From: Lama guanicoe
Taxonomy: Eukaryota
Length of the DNA stretch: 64,000 nucleotides
Assembly: GCA_013239625.1 (NCBI GenBank)
Contig: MU057352.1
Coordinates: forward strand, 31,565,277-31,629,276
Reading direction: 5' to 3'
Positions 1-10,400 of the stretch are shown here, piece after piece (the stretch's first letter is position 1; each line of letters opens with the position of its first letter). The translations under genes were made by a program, and so were the position numbers. The notes below the pieces were generated by a model. That model was not told where the DNA came from and made no database searches. It saw only the letters and a list, made by a program, of their open reading frames with translations.

Positions 1-136
1 TAATGATGTTTTAGATGTACTGGATTAAATTTTTAAAAAACTATTAAAATTGACTGCACCTGCCTTTTGTTTGTCAGCCATGGCTACTGGAAGTGTAGAC
101 CTGCCTAGGCGGCTTGCACTTTGACGGGACAGTGTT
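1..136. mobile_element. MER3/MER33-like hAT-Charlie DNA transposon remnant
   Basis: gatgtactggattaaat...aaaattgactgcacctg...tggctactggaag...ggacagtgttg resembles the MER3 terminal portion. Confidence 0.55.
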
Positions 137-532
137 GGTCCACAGCTTCCCCTCCCTCGGGGGCCTGTGAGGGGACCGCGAGGGCCAGGCAGCCTCCCCA
201 AATCACAGCCCTGTGAGGTGCGCCTGAAGCCTCCAGGCAGGTGCCAGTGGCCCAGGGGAGCCAGCAGCTTAAGGAGCAGACCCTCCCGGCCAGGGATCCC
301 GCGCCTTGGACAGGCTCCTCAGGGGCCGTTTCAGAACTGCAGACCCAGGGGACCGTCTGTGTCTCGAATGTCCCCCAGAAGGTATAGAGCTCTGTCTAGG
401 GCTGTGTGGAGAACAGCCTGAGCTGTGGAGCCAGACAGATCTAACGACCGGTATGGAGGTATGATCTGGCCTCTGGCCTCGTGCCCCACTGCCTCGCCCA
501 GTGCCTCGCCCGCCACCCCACCGGCCACATAC

Positions 533-744
533 CTCCTTGATGTCATGGTACTGCCCGAGCAGGGCGTAGGGGCAGTAGGAGATGCTCATGGAGACAATGC
601 CCATGGTGCTGATCATGATCATGGCCACGTAGACATTGGCAAACATGGCCATCACAGCCGTGCCCACGGAGAAGCCCAGTGTCCCCAGCACGTAGATGAC
701 CCTGATACTCAGGTCGTAGTTGTCCAGGTACTTCTGGAGCAGGG
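533..744 (-). CDS. SLC45A4: SLC45A4 sixth coding exon (212 nt)
   Basis: CTGCAG|CC CTG CTC...ATC AAG GAG|GTATGT; encodes LLQKYLDNYDLSIRVIYVLGTLGFSVGTAVMAMFANVYVAMIMISTMGIVSMSISYCPYALLGQYHDIKE; phase 1/0. Confidence 0.96.
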
Positions 745-1194
745 CTGCAGAGACAGCGCAGCCACAGGACAGTGATGGATGTGCTCCCCTCCCTCCCCCC
801 ACCCCGCCCAGCCCATTTCCGTGGTGCTCAGCCTGGCTAGGGAACAGGCAACGCCCCTCTTCCCCACCCAGACCACGCACTGCCCACGCTGCAACGATGG
901 CCCCCACCCCCCAACATGCCTGCACTCCGCTTCCAGGGGCTCCAGCACCTCAGAGAGAAGGCAGCCCCCTTGGTCCCAGACCATAGTCTGGTCCTGTCCC
1001 ACAGCTCCCCGGGGCCTCCCTTGGATAACGGTGGCTTATCCTCAAGATGAGGATGGACGGTTCTCAAAGCTGCTGTACCTGCAGTACGGCCCCAACCAAT
1101 CCCAGCCCGCTGTCCACAGACCAGGATGCCCATCAGTCCTTCTAGTCACCAATCATGTTCAGGTGCGCCACTCACCTGACTGGGGGCCACTCAC

Positions 1195-1294
1195 CTGAGC
1201 AAATTGCACCAGTGGCCGCATAGATGACCAGGCCCCAGCAGCCCATCTTCACGCCTGCATTGTAGGCCTGCCAAGCCGTCGAGTTGGATGGGGC
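1195..1294 (-). CDS. SLC45A4: SLC45A4 fifth coding exon (100 nt)
   Basis: GAACAG|GCC CCA TCC AAC...TGC TCA G|GTGAGT; encodes APSNSTAWQAYNAGVKMGCWGLVIYAATGAICS; phase 0/1; not in the ORF track, read by hand. Confidence 0.95.
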
Positions 1295-2141
1295 CTGTTC
1301 CAGAAATGAGACTGGGGTTAGGGGGCAGAGACACCAGACTGAACCCTCTGGGCAAGGGAGGTTATTTTAACCTCGACCGCAGGCCAGCTGGTGACTCTAA
1401 GAGGTGGTGACACCATGTGGAGGAGACGCAGCCACGGTCCAGGTCAGTATCTGTGGCAGACTGTCTGCCACCTCCTCCCCCAGCTTCACTCCTTCCCCGT
1501 ATCTGGGTGGATCCGACTTGCAGCTCCTGCCTCTGCTCTCTCAGAGCCCAGCGGCCACATGGAGCAGCTTAGACGGGCCAGGAAGGTAGGAACACATGGA
1601 GTGGGGAGGCCTGAGCCTATGCCGCGGCCATCTCGGCCTTCCTGGACCGACCCCAGGCGATATGGCCATGGGTGTGAACCAGTGGACGCCACAGGTGCAC
1701 CCAGATGACCCGGCCCCAAGTAACGACAGATGGAGGCTTGGGTCGGGGGCAGCGTCAACAGGGTGAGAGCTGGCGTGGTGCCTCCCTGGCTCCTCCGTGG
1801 CCTGTGCTTGCGAGAGCCCAGGGGTTTCCTGCTGCTCTCATGCACTCCAGGTGTGTACCCACCCTCGGGCTCACACAGTGATGCCTAACCACATTGGCAG
1901 GGGTGCACACTGGCTGGCTGCCCGCCACGCGCCCCAGCCCGACATGCAAGGCCCGTGATCACCAACTCAGGTGCTGGGCTGGGGGAGGTGAGGGTGGCCA
2001 GGCCACCGTGGGGGAGGCCTTGGGCCACCATGCTGCCACCACTGCCCGGCTCCCCCAGGTCTCCTCTGGTCTGGACCTCACCACCGGTCGTGAATGCCAC
2101 CCGCCCCTCCCAGTGGCTGAACTAGGGGCCCTGGTGCTGAC

Positions 2142-3175
2142 CTTGGGGTCCCCCTCGAAGATGACCTGGCCCATGAAGTCGGTGTAGAACACTGCCTCCG
2201 CGATGACGGAGAACCAGGTGAGCAGGTGGCAAAGGCAGAGCCGCACCAACTCCTTGGGCATCTTCAGCATGGACAACCAGAGCAGCCGCACGGTGGTCTC
2301 CCCCTCGCCCTCCTCGCTCTCCGTGTCCCCGCTGGACGTGGTGGCCCCGCTCTGGTTGCGGCGCCGGCAGCGCTGCCGCTGCCGCTTCTGCAGGTCGTAG
2401 AGGTCGCTCATGCTGCGGGAGGGCTTGATCAGGACCACCGCGTTGGCCCGCCGGTAGCGGTAGCGGTGGGACCCGATCTTGCCGTAGTAGGAGAAGGTGC
2501 AGGAGGCCTGCCGGCGGAACATGTGTCTTCGCCGCCTGGCGCAGCTGGACGTGGCCGAGGGCTTCATGCCCACCCTGCCATAGCTGCCGAGGCCGTCGCA
2601 TGCGGGGGAGTGGCCCCCGTTGGGGAGCCCGCTCACACTGAGGTGGTTCTCGAGCAGGGTCTCGTCTTCCCTGGCGGGCTCCCTGAGCAGTGGCGGCAGG
2701 CCGGCTGGCCTGGCCCTGGCGAGCTCCTGGCTGGTGCTGCGGGGGGTGCTGGGGTAGGAGGCATCGTGGAAGATGGAAGGCTCGATGTCCTGCAGGAAGA
2801 GCAGCCCAGGCTCCAGGTCCAGGGCGGCGTCGGGCACGTGCAGCACCGAGTCGCTCTTGCTCCGTGCCATGCCCACGTCCAGGTAGTCCAGGGCCAGCTC
2901 GTGCTCCGACTGCACCTCATCTGGGAATAGGGCGCTGCCGTCCAGGATGCTGGCACGGGGGCCGGGGGCCGTGGCGTCGGCCACCTCCACGCCACGCTCC
3001 TGCTGGGGGCTGTGCTGCTCCTCCTCAATGCTGAACAGGTGCAGGGCCACCGATACCGTGAAGATGACGGCCGCGAAGAAGAAGAGCACCTGGTTCTGTG
3101 TCCGGAACCAGGTGCCCAGGAAGGTCTGGGTCCAGTCCAGCCCCCCCAGCACGTAGCCGATGGCCCCGCCAAGGC
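2142..3175 (-). CDS. SLC45A4: SLC45A4 fourth coding exon (1034 nt; TM5-6, large cytoplasmic loop, TM7)
   Basis: CCCACAG|GC CTT GGC...GAC CCC AAG|GTCAGC; frame of ORF 1959..3152; LGGAIGYVLGGLDWTQTFLG...FYTDFMGQVIFEGDPK; phase 1/0. Confidence 0.97.
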
Positions 3176-3683
3176 CTGTGGGACGGGAGGGGAAAAGCAG
3201 TCATGACCGATGCAGGTGCCTCCGCCCCGACAAGGGAGACTGGCCCGGAGGGGCGGCCAACCCTCCCTCGGGGGCCGGGGCCACCACTCAGAGTGAGAAA
3301 ACCGCAGGACAACAGAGGAACTGCAGCTGCCCCGAGGCTCTGCGTTCTCTGACCCCACGGACTCTCACCTAATAAGCCAGAGGCAGAGGACGGCAGCTGC
3401 TCCGTGTCTGCTCTCGGCATCAACTGCCACTGCAAGCTCGGAGTCCGTATTCCTCAAGGAGGTGTAAGCTGCTCGGCTAGGGCCCTGGGCTGTGGCCACT
3501 GGCTAGCATGTCCCCCCCACCCCAGACCACAGTCACTTGGGCCTGCTTGGGTCCCCGCTCACAGCCTCGCCCACCGAGGTCTGAGATGCAGCCACAGGCA
3601 GGGGTCACGGAAGCCACCCTGACCCTTGGGAGCAGCCTCCCCAACCCCGCCACCCTCCGACGGCCAGGCGAGGGCACACTTAC

Positions 3684-3863
3684 CGGCAGAGAAGGCGTGG
3701 ATGTTAAGGGCCATGTCCTGTTCCTCGCTGTCCACCACGTCCAGCAGGTAGGCGCGGATGGGCCCCTCGGTGGCGTCGGCGCTGAAATCCAGGACCACCA
3801 CTCCCAGCACCGTGAGGATGATGCCAATGGGCTGCCGGCTGGGGACATCGCCGAGGGACAGAC
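3684..3863 (-). CDS. SLC45A4: SLC45A4 third coding exon (180 nt)
   Basis: CTGTCAG|GT CTG TCC...TCT GCC G|GTAAGT; encodes LSLGDVPSRQPIGIILTVLGVVVLDFSADATEGPIRAYLLDVVDSEEQDMALNIHAFSA; phase 1/1. Confidence 0.97.
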
Positions 3864-5849
3864 CTGACAGGGCACAGAGGAGCAGTCCCATCTCAGCGCC
3901 CAAGTGCCACGGCGACCTCCCGGGAAGATGGCGACCCTCCGCCCAGCCAGCAGGGTGTGCTCCTCGGCACAGACGCTCCAGACAGAAGCTGACCTTTGTC
4001 GTTTCCAGGGTAACTTTTTCTCCCCCTTCACTTTAGCTGCTCGGTGAACCTCAAAGACCTTACTCACCATTACATTTTGTAACTGAAAATGGGGAAATGA
4101 TCCTTCCTGTCCAACCTTCACCAGGGGCCGTGCTGGGAGCGCTGACTCAGTGTCAGTGAGGAGGGGGCCTGAGACACACCTGGTCACTCGCGACACCTCT
4201 ATGCACACGGCATTAGAGGTCAAAGTCAGCTCCTCTGGGCGGGGGCCTCCACAGGGAGCCTGGGTGCGGGCTGGCCCAGGGTCTGCAAGTCGTTCGGCTG
4301 GTGCTTCCTGAACATGATGGGTTTTCCTGATTATCTGAGAGACACTTCCTTATCCGTACACTGTGGTTTCAGAGGAAGACTCTGCTTGAACGTGACTTCC
4401 TGAGCTACACAGGGAGCATGTGTCCATTTTCCAACTTGCTTTACAAAGAATTAAGCTTCCAGGACTACCACTGACCCAGGCCTCATGGCCAGACAGCATC
4501 CAAGGCACCGGGCTGGGCCAACGGCCACTGCGTCACACGCCGGTAGAGCCTCGAGCAGAAGCGAAATGACACCGAAACGACACCCATGCCTGCCCCTGGG
4601 AGTCTGTCAAGCTAGTTCACTGCACGGCCTGCCCTCCAGCAGGGTGCGGCTCTGAAGAGAGGTCAAAGGTCTTGCTTTTAGCACGAGTCCTCCCAAGGGG
4701 GTCGTAAGCACACAAGAGCAGCGATAATTACGCACCTGCTGCAGGTGAGTCTGCTCCTGAACCCAGAGACCAACCTGCTCCCCTGACAGCTGAGCTAAGG
4801 CTGGTTTACTGGACTCATTGCTGTGAACCGAGGACACTCTGCACAGAGGAGCTGAGGAGGCAGCTGGCTCGTTATTTGGGACCTAGGCTCTGCAGACAAG
4901 GCTGGTCACAGACAGACTGGCCCCACGTGAAAGAAGGAAAGGCATTCTGACCCGGGGCTCCCTGCTGGCTACCTCGACCCCACCGTGCCCAGGAGAAACA
5001 CAGGTAAAGGAAGAGACAGGCACCAGAGTGCAGGCTGGAGCTCCAAGCTGATGCCTCTGGGCCACAGTGGCTGGGGCCACCCTACAGGTACGTCCCTGAG
5101 AAAGCCATGGCGTTCCCTCTGAACTGAGCATGCAGGTGCCAGAAGGGCACCACCCCCTGGACTTCTGATCCAGAGATATCCAGCTGGGGAGGGGGCACAG
5201 CTCCTTGGCCGCCCCCACCACGCCTGGGAGCAAGCTCGCCCAGCTGGCCCCACACAGGCCTCGGAGGGGCCGAGAGGCTCCCACTGCACAGAAAGGTTTC
5301 CTCTGCGGCCCCTTCCCGAGCCTCCCAGCATCAGTGACCCCCACCTGAACTGACACAGACGTGGGACTTGCTCACATATGTCAGAACTCAGATTAAGCCT
5401 CCATCTTAAAAAGTTGTTGCCAGAAAACAGGATTCTGTTTTGAGCAGTTTTGATGGGTGCCCTCAAGACAAAAGCTCTTTCCCACATACAGTTGCTCTAA
5501 TTGAAAACAATACAAAACAAAACAAAACAAACCACGAGGACGTGAAACCAAAAACAAGATCAAATTAGGTCTGCACATTTTCAATACCAAGTCTAAGAAA
5601 AGGAGAAAAAAAAAGAAAAGATAATTTCTGAAATAATGCTGGAAACAGGACGTGGTGTCAGATACGCATTAAAAACAAACGGATCACAACAGGAAGCGCT
5701 CGCTGAGAACAGGTCCCCACGGCTTTCCCACGCGGGGCCCCGCTCGGCGCGGCCAGGCGTGCCCCGTCCAGGACCAGCCCGTCCAAAGGATGCAAGCCTG
5801 CACAACTCACGGAGGGAGAGCTGTCCCAGGCGGGGTGCAGGACACTCAC

Positions 5850-6038
5850 CTATGGCCGAGCCGTTAAGGAAAAGGGCCACTCCGAAGAGCACGCCCACGC
5901 AGAGCGCGAGGATGAAGGGCCGCCGGCGGCCCCAGCTCAGGGTGCACCGGTCACTCGCAGAGCCGATGAGAGGGGTGAAGATGAGGCCCAGGATGGGGCT
6001 CAGGAACCAGGTGAGGCTGTAGTACTGCTCCGGAAGGC
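5850..6038 (-). CDS. SLC45A4: SLC45A4 second coding exon (189 nt)
   Basis: TTGCAG|GC CTT CCG GAG...GCC ATA G|GTGAGT; encodes [62 protein letters not shown], with the SUT/SLC45 SDR...GRRRPF motif; phase 1/1. Confidence 0.97.
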
Positions 6039-6734
6039 CTGCAACATACACGCGGGCCATTACACACACGGTGCGCGTGCTGCAGACCCACCCACCCTGC
6101 TCGTGTGGTTCAAAACTCCTTGGGGGACACGTTCTCCCTGCAAGGCTGAGTGTTTGAAATCAACCAAAGTCCCCTGGGAAGCGTCAGGTGGCCCAAGGCC
6201 AGCACCTGGGCCTTAGAGCGAGGGGCCCGGGAACTGCCCGCGGTGCCCATGGCAGCTGGGCACAGAACGTACAGAACAGCACACGCCGGAACCAGCGGGG
6301 ATCAGGCTGGCCATGCACACGTGGGGAGCACCGTGCCAGGCCTGCACGCAGCAGGTGCCGCAGGGGCAGCGGCACGAGGCCAAGACCCTCTCATTCTACT
6401 GGCGCTGACCAGGGCCTCAGGGACTGCTTCATGGCACAAGGCACTGTGCCCCCTTCAGCCCAGAACAAGACGGGTCAGGGGGTGCAGCTTCAGAGAGCAG
6501 TGAGGACCCATGCTGCTGGCATCCTGGCCTCACTGGCCGAAATCCATCACAAGGGTGCTGCCGAGGGGTCTTAAAACCAATGACAGGCTCAGTGACCCCG
6601 GCAGCAGGCTTATGAGCAGCCACCAAGAAGCGGCAAGAGGGGAAGAAGCATCAGTGTGCGGCCAGCTGGCGCCTGGGGTGTGTCTGGTGCTTATGCTCAC
6701 TCACTTGTCCTCTGAGCCACCAAGGGAGGTAGAG

Positions 6735-6860
6735 ACGATTGTGCCCATTTTACAGACGGGGAATCTGAGGCTCAGAGAGGCTAGGCAACCTGCCTGGAGT
6801 CACAGAGCAAGAAAGTGGAAGCCCCAGGATTTAAACCCAGGGCTGCCTGATTTCAAAGTT
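6735..6860 (-). mobile_element. MIR SINE
   Basis: cccattttacagacggggaatctgaggctcagagagg...ggatttaaacccagg, the MIR core in reverse. Confidence 0.75.
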
Positions 6861-8399
6861 TCTGTCCCCCCGGCCTCCACCCAAACTCTACATGGTGCTC
6901 ACACAAACCCAATGCCCATCAGAAACAGGGCTGGCACATTCTTACTCGGGAGCGCCAGGCAGCACCTGGCGTGAACAAGCAGCAACGCACAACATGGCCA
7001 AATCCACACACATTTGGTGCAGAAGAGCACACGCTGGGGGTGCTGTTTACATGAAGTCCAAAAGGGCTAACGGCATCTCTGCGGCAGAAGGCAGGGTGGT
7101 GGGCACCCTTGGGAGGGGCATGGGCTGCAGGTTGGTTAAGTTCTGATTCTGATTTGGAAGGGGGTCCCCGGTGACGACTCGCCCAGCTGGACACTTGGAT
7201 CGTTCACCTCTCTGTATGTCATACTTCAGTGACGCGTTTACTTAAAAAATAAAAGGGGCTTTGGCACGCCAGCAATTCATCTAGCTGATGCTTTACACCG
7301 CCAAAGGCGCTGAGCTACCAAGAAAAACAGACTATGCAGGAGGAAATCATTTTCAAAGGAGGCGGGAGGCTCCTTTCAAAACCACTGCTAACCCGCCCAC
7401 TAAAACACTCGCACATCCAGCCTAGGTTTCAAGGTGCCGCCTCGACCTTTGCCTCCCGTAGAGCCTCAGGAGGGGTGGATTTTGTTCCTGTTTCAAGTCA
7501 GCAGAATGTACTGATGGTTCAGGACCCGTGGGGCTTGCTGAGTGTGCTCTGCTGACACACTGTGGCTTACACAGCAGGCTGGGTCCCCGTGCGCCGTCAA
7601 AGTCAGGCAGTGGGGAAAGCGACAGCTGGGCAGCCACAGCGGCCACACTCGGTAAGGCGCACGGCTGAGCAGCGGGCTTCTCGGAGACGACTGCCCCGCA
7701 CAACCGTTAAGCAAATGCGACGCAGTCAGTTTCAGAAAGAACGGAAAACATTCTCAAGGTGCATGGACTCCGACTTTGACTTTCGCTGGGAATTTCAAAC
7801 ATCACAACTTTACTAATAAATGCTGTCTAGCCTGGTGACGGGGCTCCACGCAGAGCTGCAGCACATGCACGCACACACACACACAGAGGCATGCGCGTGC
7901 ACACACAGCGACACCCTGCCGCTCCCTGTCTCTCCTTGGGGTCTGGCCTTCCTGCTCTGGGCACAAGGACGTGCTCAGCTCCCTGCCTGCTTCCTGTCAG
8001 AACTCAGAGGGGTCACCCCCCAGGCCTTCCCACGCGCCTGCAGCTCCCACTGACCCGGGCTCACCACCGCTGCTGTATTTCCACACTCTCCTCCCTCTCG
8101 AGGTCAAGGCTCCAGACCAGGGCTGACCAGCTCTGTGGCCTGTTTTTGTGCAGCCCCCAAGTTAGGAATGTTGCTACATTTTTAAATGGTTGAAAAAGAT
8201 CAAAATAGGAACGTGGAAAAGGTTTACACGACATTCCCACTTCAGCGCCTGTACGGCTGTGTTGGAGCGCGGCCACACGGGCCCGCTGGTGAGCGTGTGC
8301 GGTGGGGCTTAGGGCCGGGACTCACACGCGGCCGGGGAGCCGGGAGCACTTCCTCCGCCGGACGCGGCTCCGTGTTGCGCCGTCTTCTGCGCTGTGCTC

Positions 8400-10400
8400 A
8401 GGCTCCCTGTCACCGCTGAACGAGGGGTGTTACAACCGCCAACAATGATGGCGGAAGTGTTCAATTTTGGCCATCTCTGCTTAACGCGTCTCACAGCTCG
8501 TCTCAGGCACGCACCCCCCATTCCTGAGCTGCCCCTCCATCCTGAGCAGCCCCTCTTTACTGCCAGCAATACTCCGTCTTTACCTGAAGTCCACTTGGCC
8601 TGGGATGCATACGTCCTGTGTCCTTCCCTTACTTCCCACTGCTCTGCGACGCAGCGTTTTAGCGTCTCTCTTCAACAGCAGGTGGATGGTTCCTGCTGTT
8701 TCATCCATTCTGACCTCTCCCCTCGCTGGTGTGGTCGGTCACATACAGAGTAACACTGACCATGGTCAACGTGAGGGCCCCCATTTTACTGCTTGCTTTC
8801 TGTCTGCCCCCTCCTTGTGTCTCTGTTCCTCTTTTCCTGCCTTCTTTTGGGTTAAATGAATTCTTTTCTCACATTCCATTTCAATGTATGTATCAGCCTT
8901 TTAGCGTTATTTTGCAGTGGTTGCTCTAGAGATTGCATTCTATGTCAACTTCTCAGTCTGTCAGCGTCTGTTATACGTGTCACATAAGAGCTTTGCAGCT
9001 AAAAAAGCGGGGGTTTGGAGGAGGGGATAGCTCAGTGGTGGACCGTGTGCTTCACATGCACGAGGTCCTAGGTTCAATCCCCAGTACCTCCACTGAAAAA
9101 AAAAAGCTTCGCGGCTCTCTCTGCCTGTTTACCTCTCGACCCTTCCTGCTGTAGTATTAAACAATCATTTATTTTAAAAGAATTGAGAGGAAACTTGTCT
9201 TTTATTTTTACCCACCCATCTCACCATGTCCATACCCTCCCCTGCGTCCTGAAGCTCCCAGGCCCCCTGGGGCATCACTTCCCTTTGGCCAGAAGAACTG
9301 TCTTTAGTTTCTTCAGCATTTCTGAGAGCTCTGCTGCACTTACATTTTATCTGAAATCTCATTAGTTCGCTTTTTTTCTTAAAGGACATGTCTGCTGGAT
9401 CCAGAACTCCGGGTTAACTCCTCTCCTCCCAGGGCCCTGGGGACTGTCCTCTGCGGAGAGAGCTGTGAGGGTGCACGTGACTGCAAACCTCAAGTGTGTC
9501 TTCTTCCCCCGGGGTGCCTTCAAGACTTCCCCTTCGCTGATGGCTTTCAGCTGGACGGTGAGGAGCCTGAGCGGGGTTTGGTTTTCTTCACAGTCCCCTT
9601 GCTCGGGGCTCACCGTGCTTCACGAATCTGCGGTTTAAGCTTCCACCGAAGTTAGGAAATTTCTGGCGGTTGTTCACTTCACCTTTTTATGCCGCGCTCG
9701 CTCTCCTCTCTTCTGGGACTCTGGTGACACGTAGCTCAGGCCTTCCTCCTGACACTGTCCCACTGTTTCCAGGGGCTGGTTTTCCCCCAGTCTCTGTTCT
9801 GTTCTTCACAGTATCATTTCTACTGACCAACTTCTTAGCCCACAGAATTTTCTCTCGTCCCCCAAGTGGCCCTTAACCCCATCTGATGAATTTTTATTTC
9901 AGATACTGCATTTTTCAATTCCAGAACTTTCATCTTTTTTTTTTAATAGCTTACCTTCCTCTGTCAGGACTTCCTACTTTCCATCACGAGCTGTTTTCCC
10001 TTATGCCCTGGAGCAGAGCAGGCCTGTCTGATCATCCCCGCTCAGGCAGGCAGTCGTCCTGGAGTCCCACGCCCTGCGGCCTTCTCTCCTGATGAGGGCT
10101 GTGCTCTCGGCCCCGAGGACTCGTGCTACTGAGCCATGCTGCAGACACTGCGTTGCAGAAACTCTGTATTCTGCTATATTCCTTGTAAGAGTATTGATAT
10201 TTTTGTTTTAATAAACAATGAACTCAGCTGGACTCAGACTCAAAACTGTCTCTCCTGCAATGGGAGGTAGAAGAAATCTCTGTTCTGTTCTTTTAGTTCA
10301 GCTGAGTTGCTTGAAATCTGTCTCACAAATGTACATTTCAGGAATCAGCAAGAGAGATGAGCAGAGATGACACACAGGATTTAGGGTTCCCTGGCTCCAG
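8400..10400 (-). mobile_element. Old, degraded L1 (L1M-type) fragments, interrupted by a SINE
   Basis: T/C-rich plus strand with L1-antisense-like tracts (tttagtttcttcagcatttctgag..., gaatttttatttcagatactgcatttttcaattccagaa); boundaries approximate. Confidence 0.5.
9009..9105 (+). mobile_element. tRNA-derived SINE (camelid Vic-1-like)
   Basis: A box TAGCTCAGTGG, B box GGTTCAATCC, poly(A) tail, possible AAAAAAGC target-site duplication. Confidence 0.85.

Noticed and set aside
8-30. CCAG|TACATC on the minus strand, resembling the start of the next exon (YIHH...)
   Set aside because: Followed immediately by TAA and lies inside a MER3-like repeat; the real exon is outside the window.
2122-3358. 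Long overlapping or antisense ORFs (2226..2930 +, 2122..2601 -, 2633..3358 -)
   Set aside because: Shadows of a GC3-rich coding exon; no recognisable protein or independent splice structure.
9020-9092. tRNA-like sequence with A and B boxes
   Set aside because: No proper acceptor stem, has a poly(A) tail and a diverged second copy; it is a SINE, not a tRNA gene.
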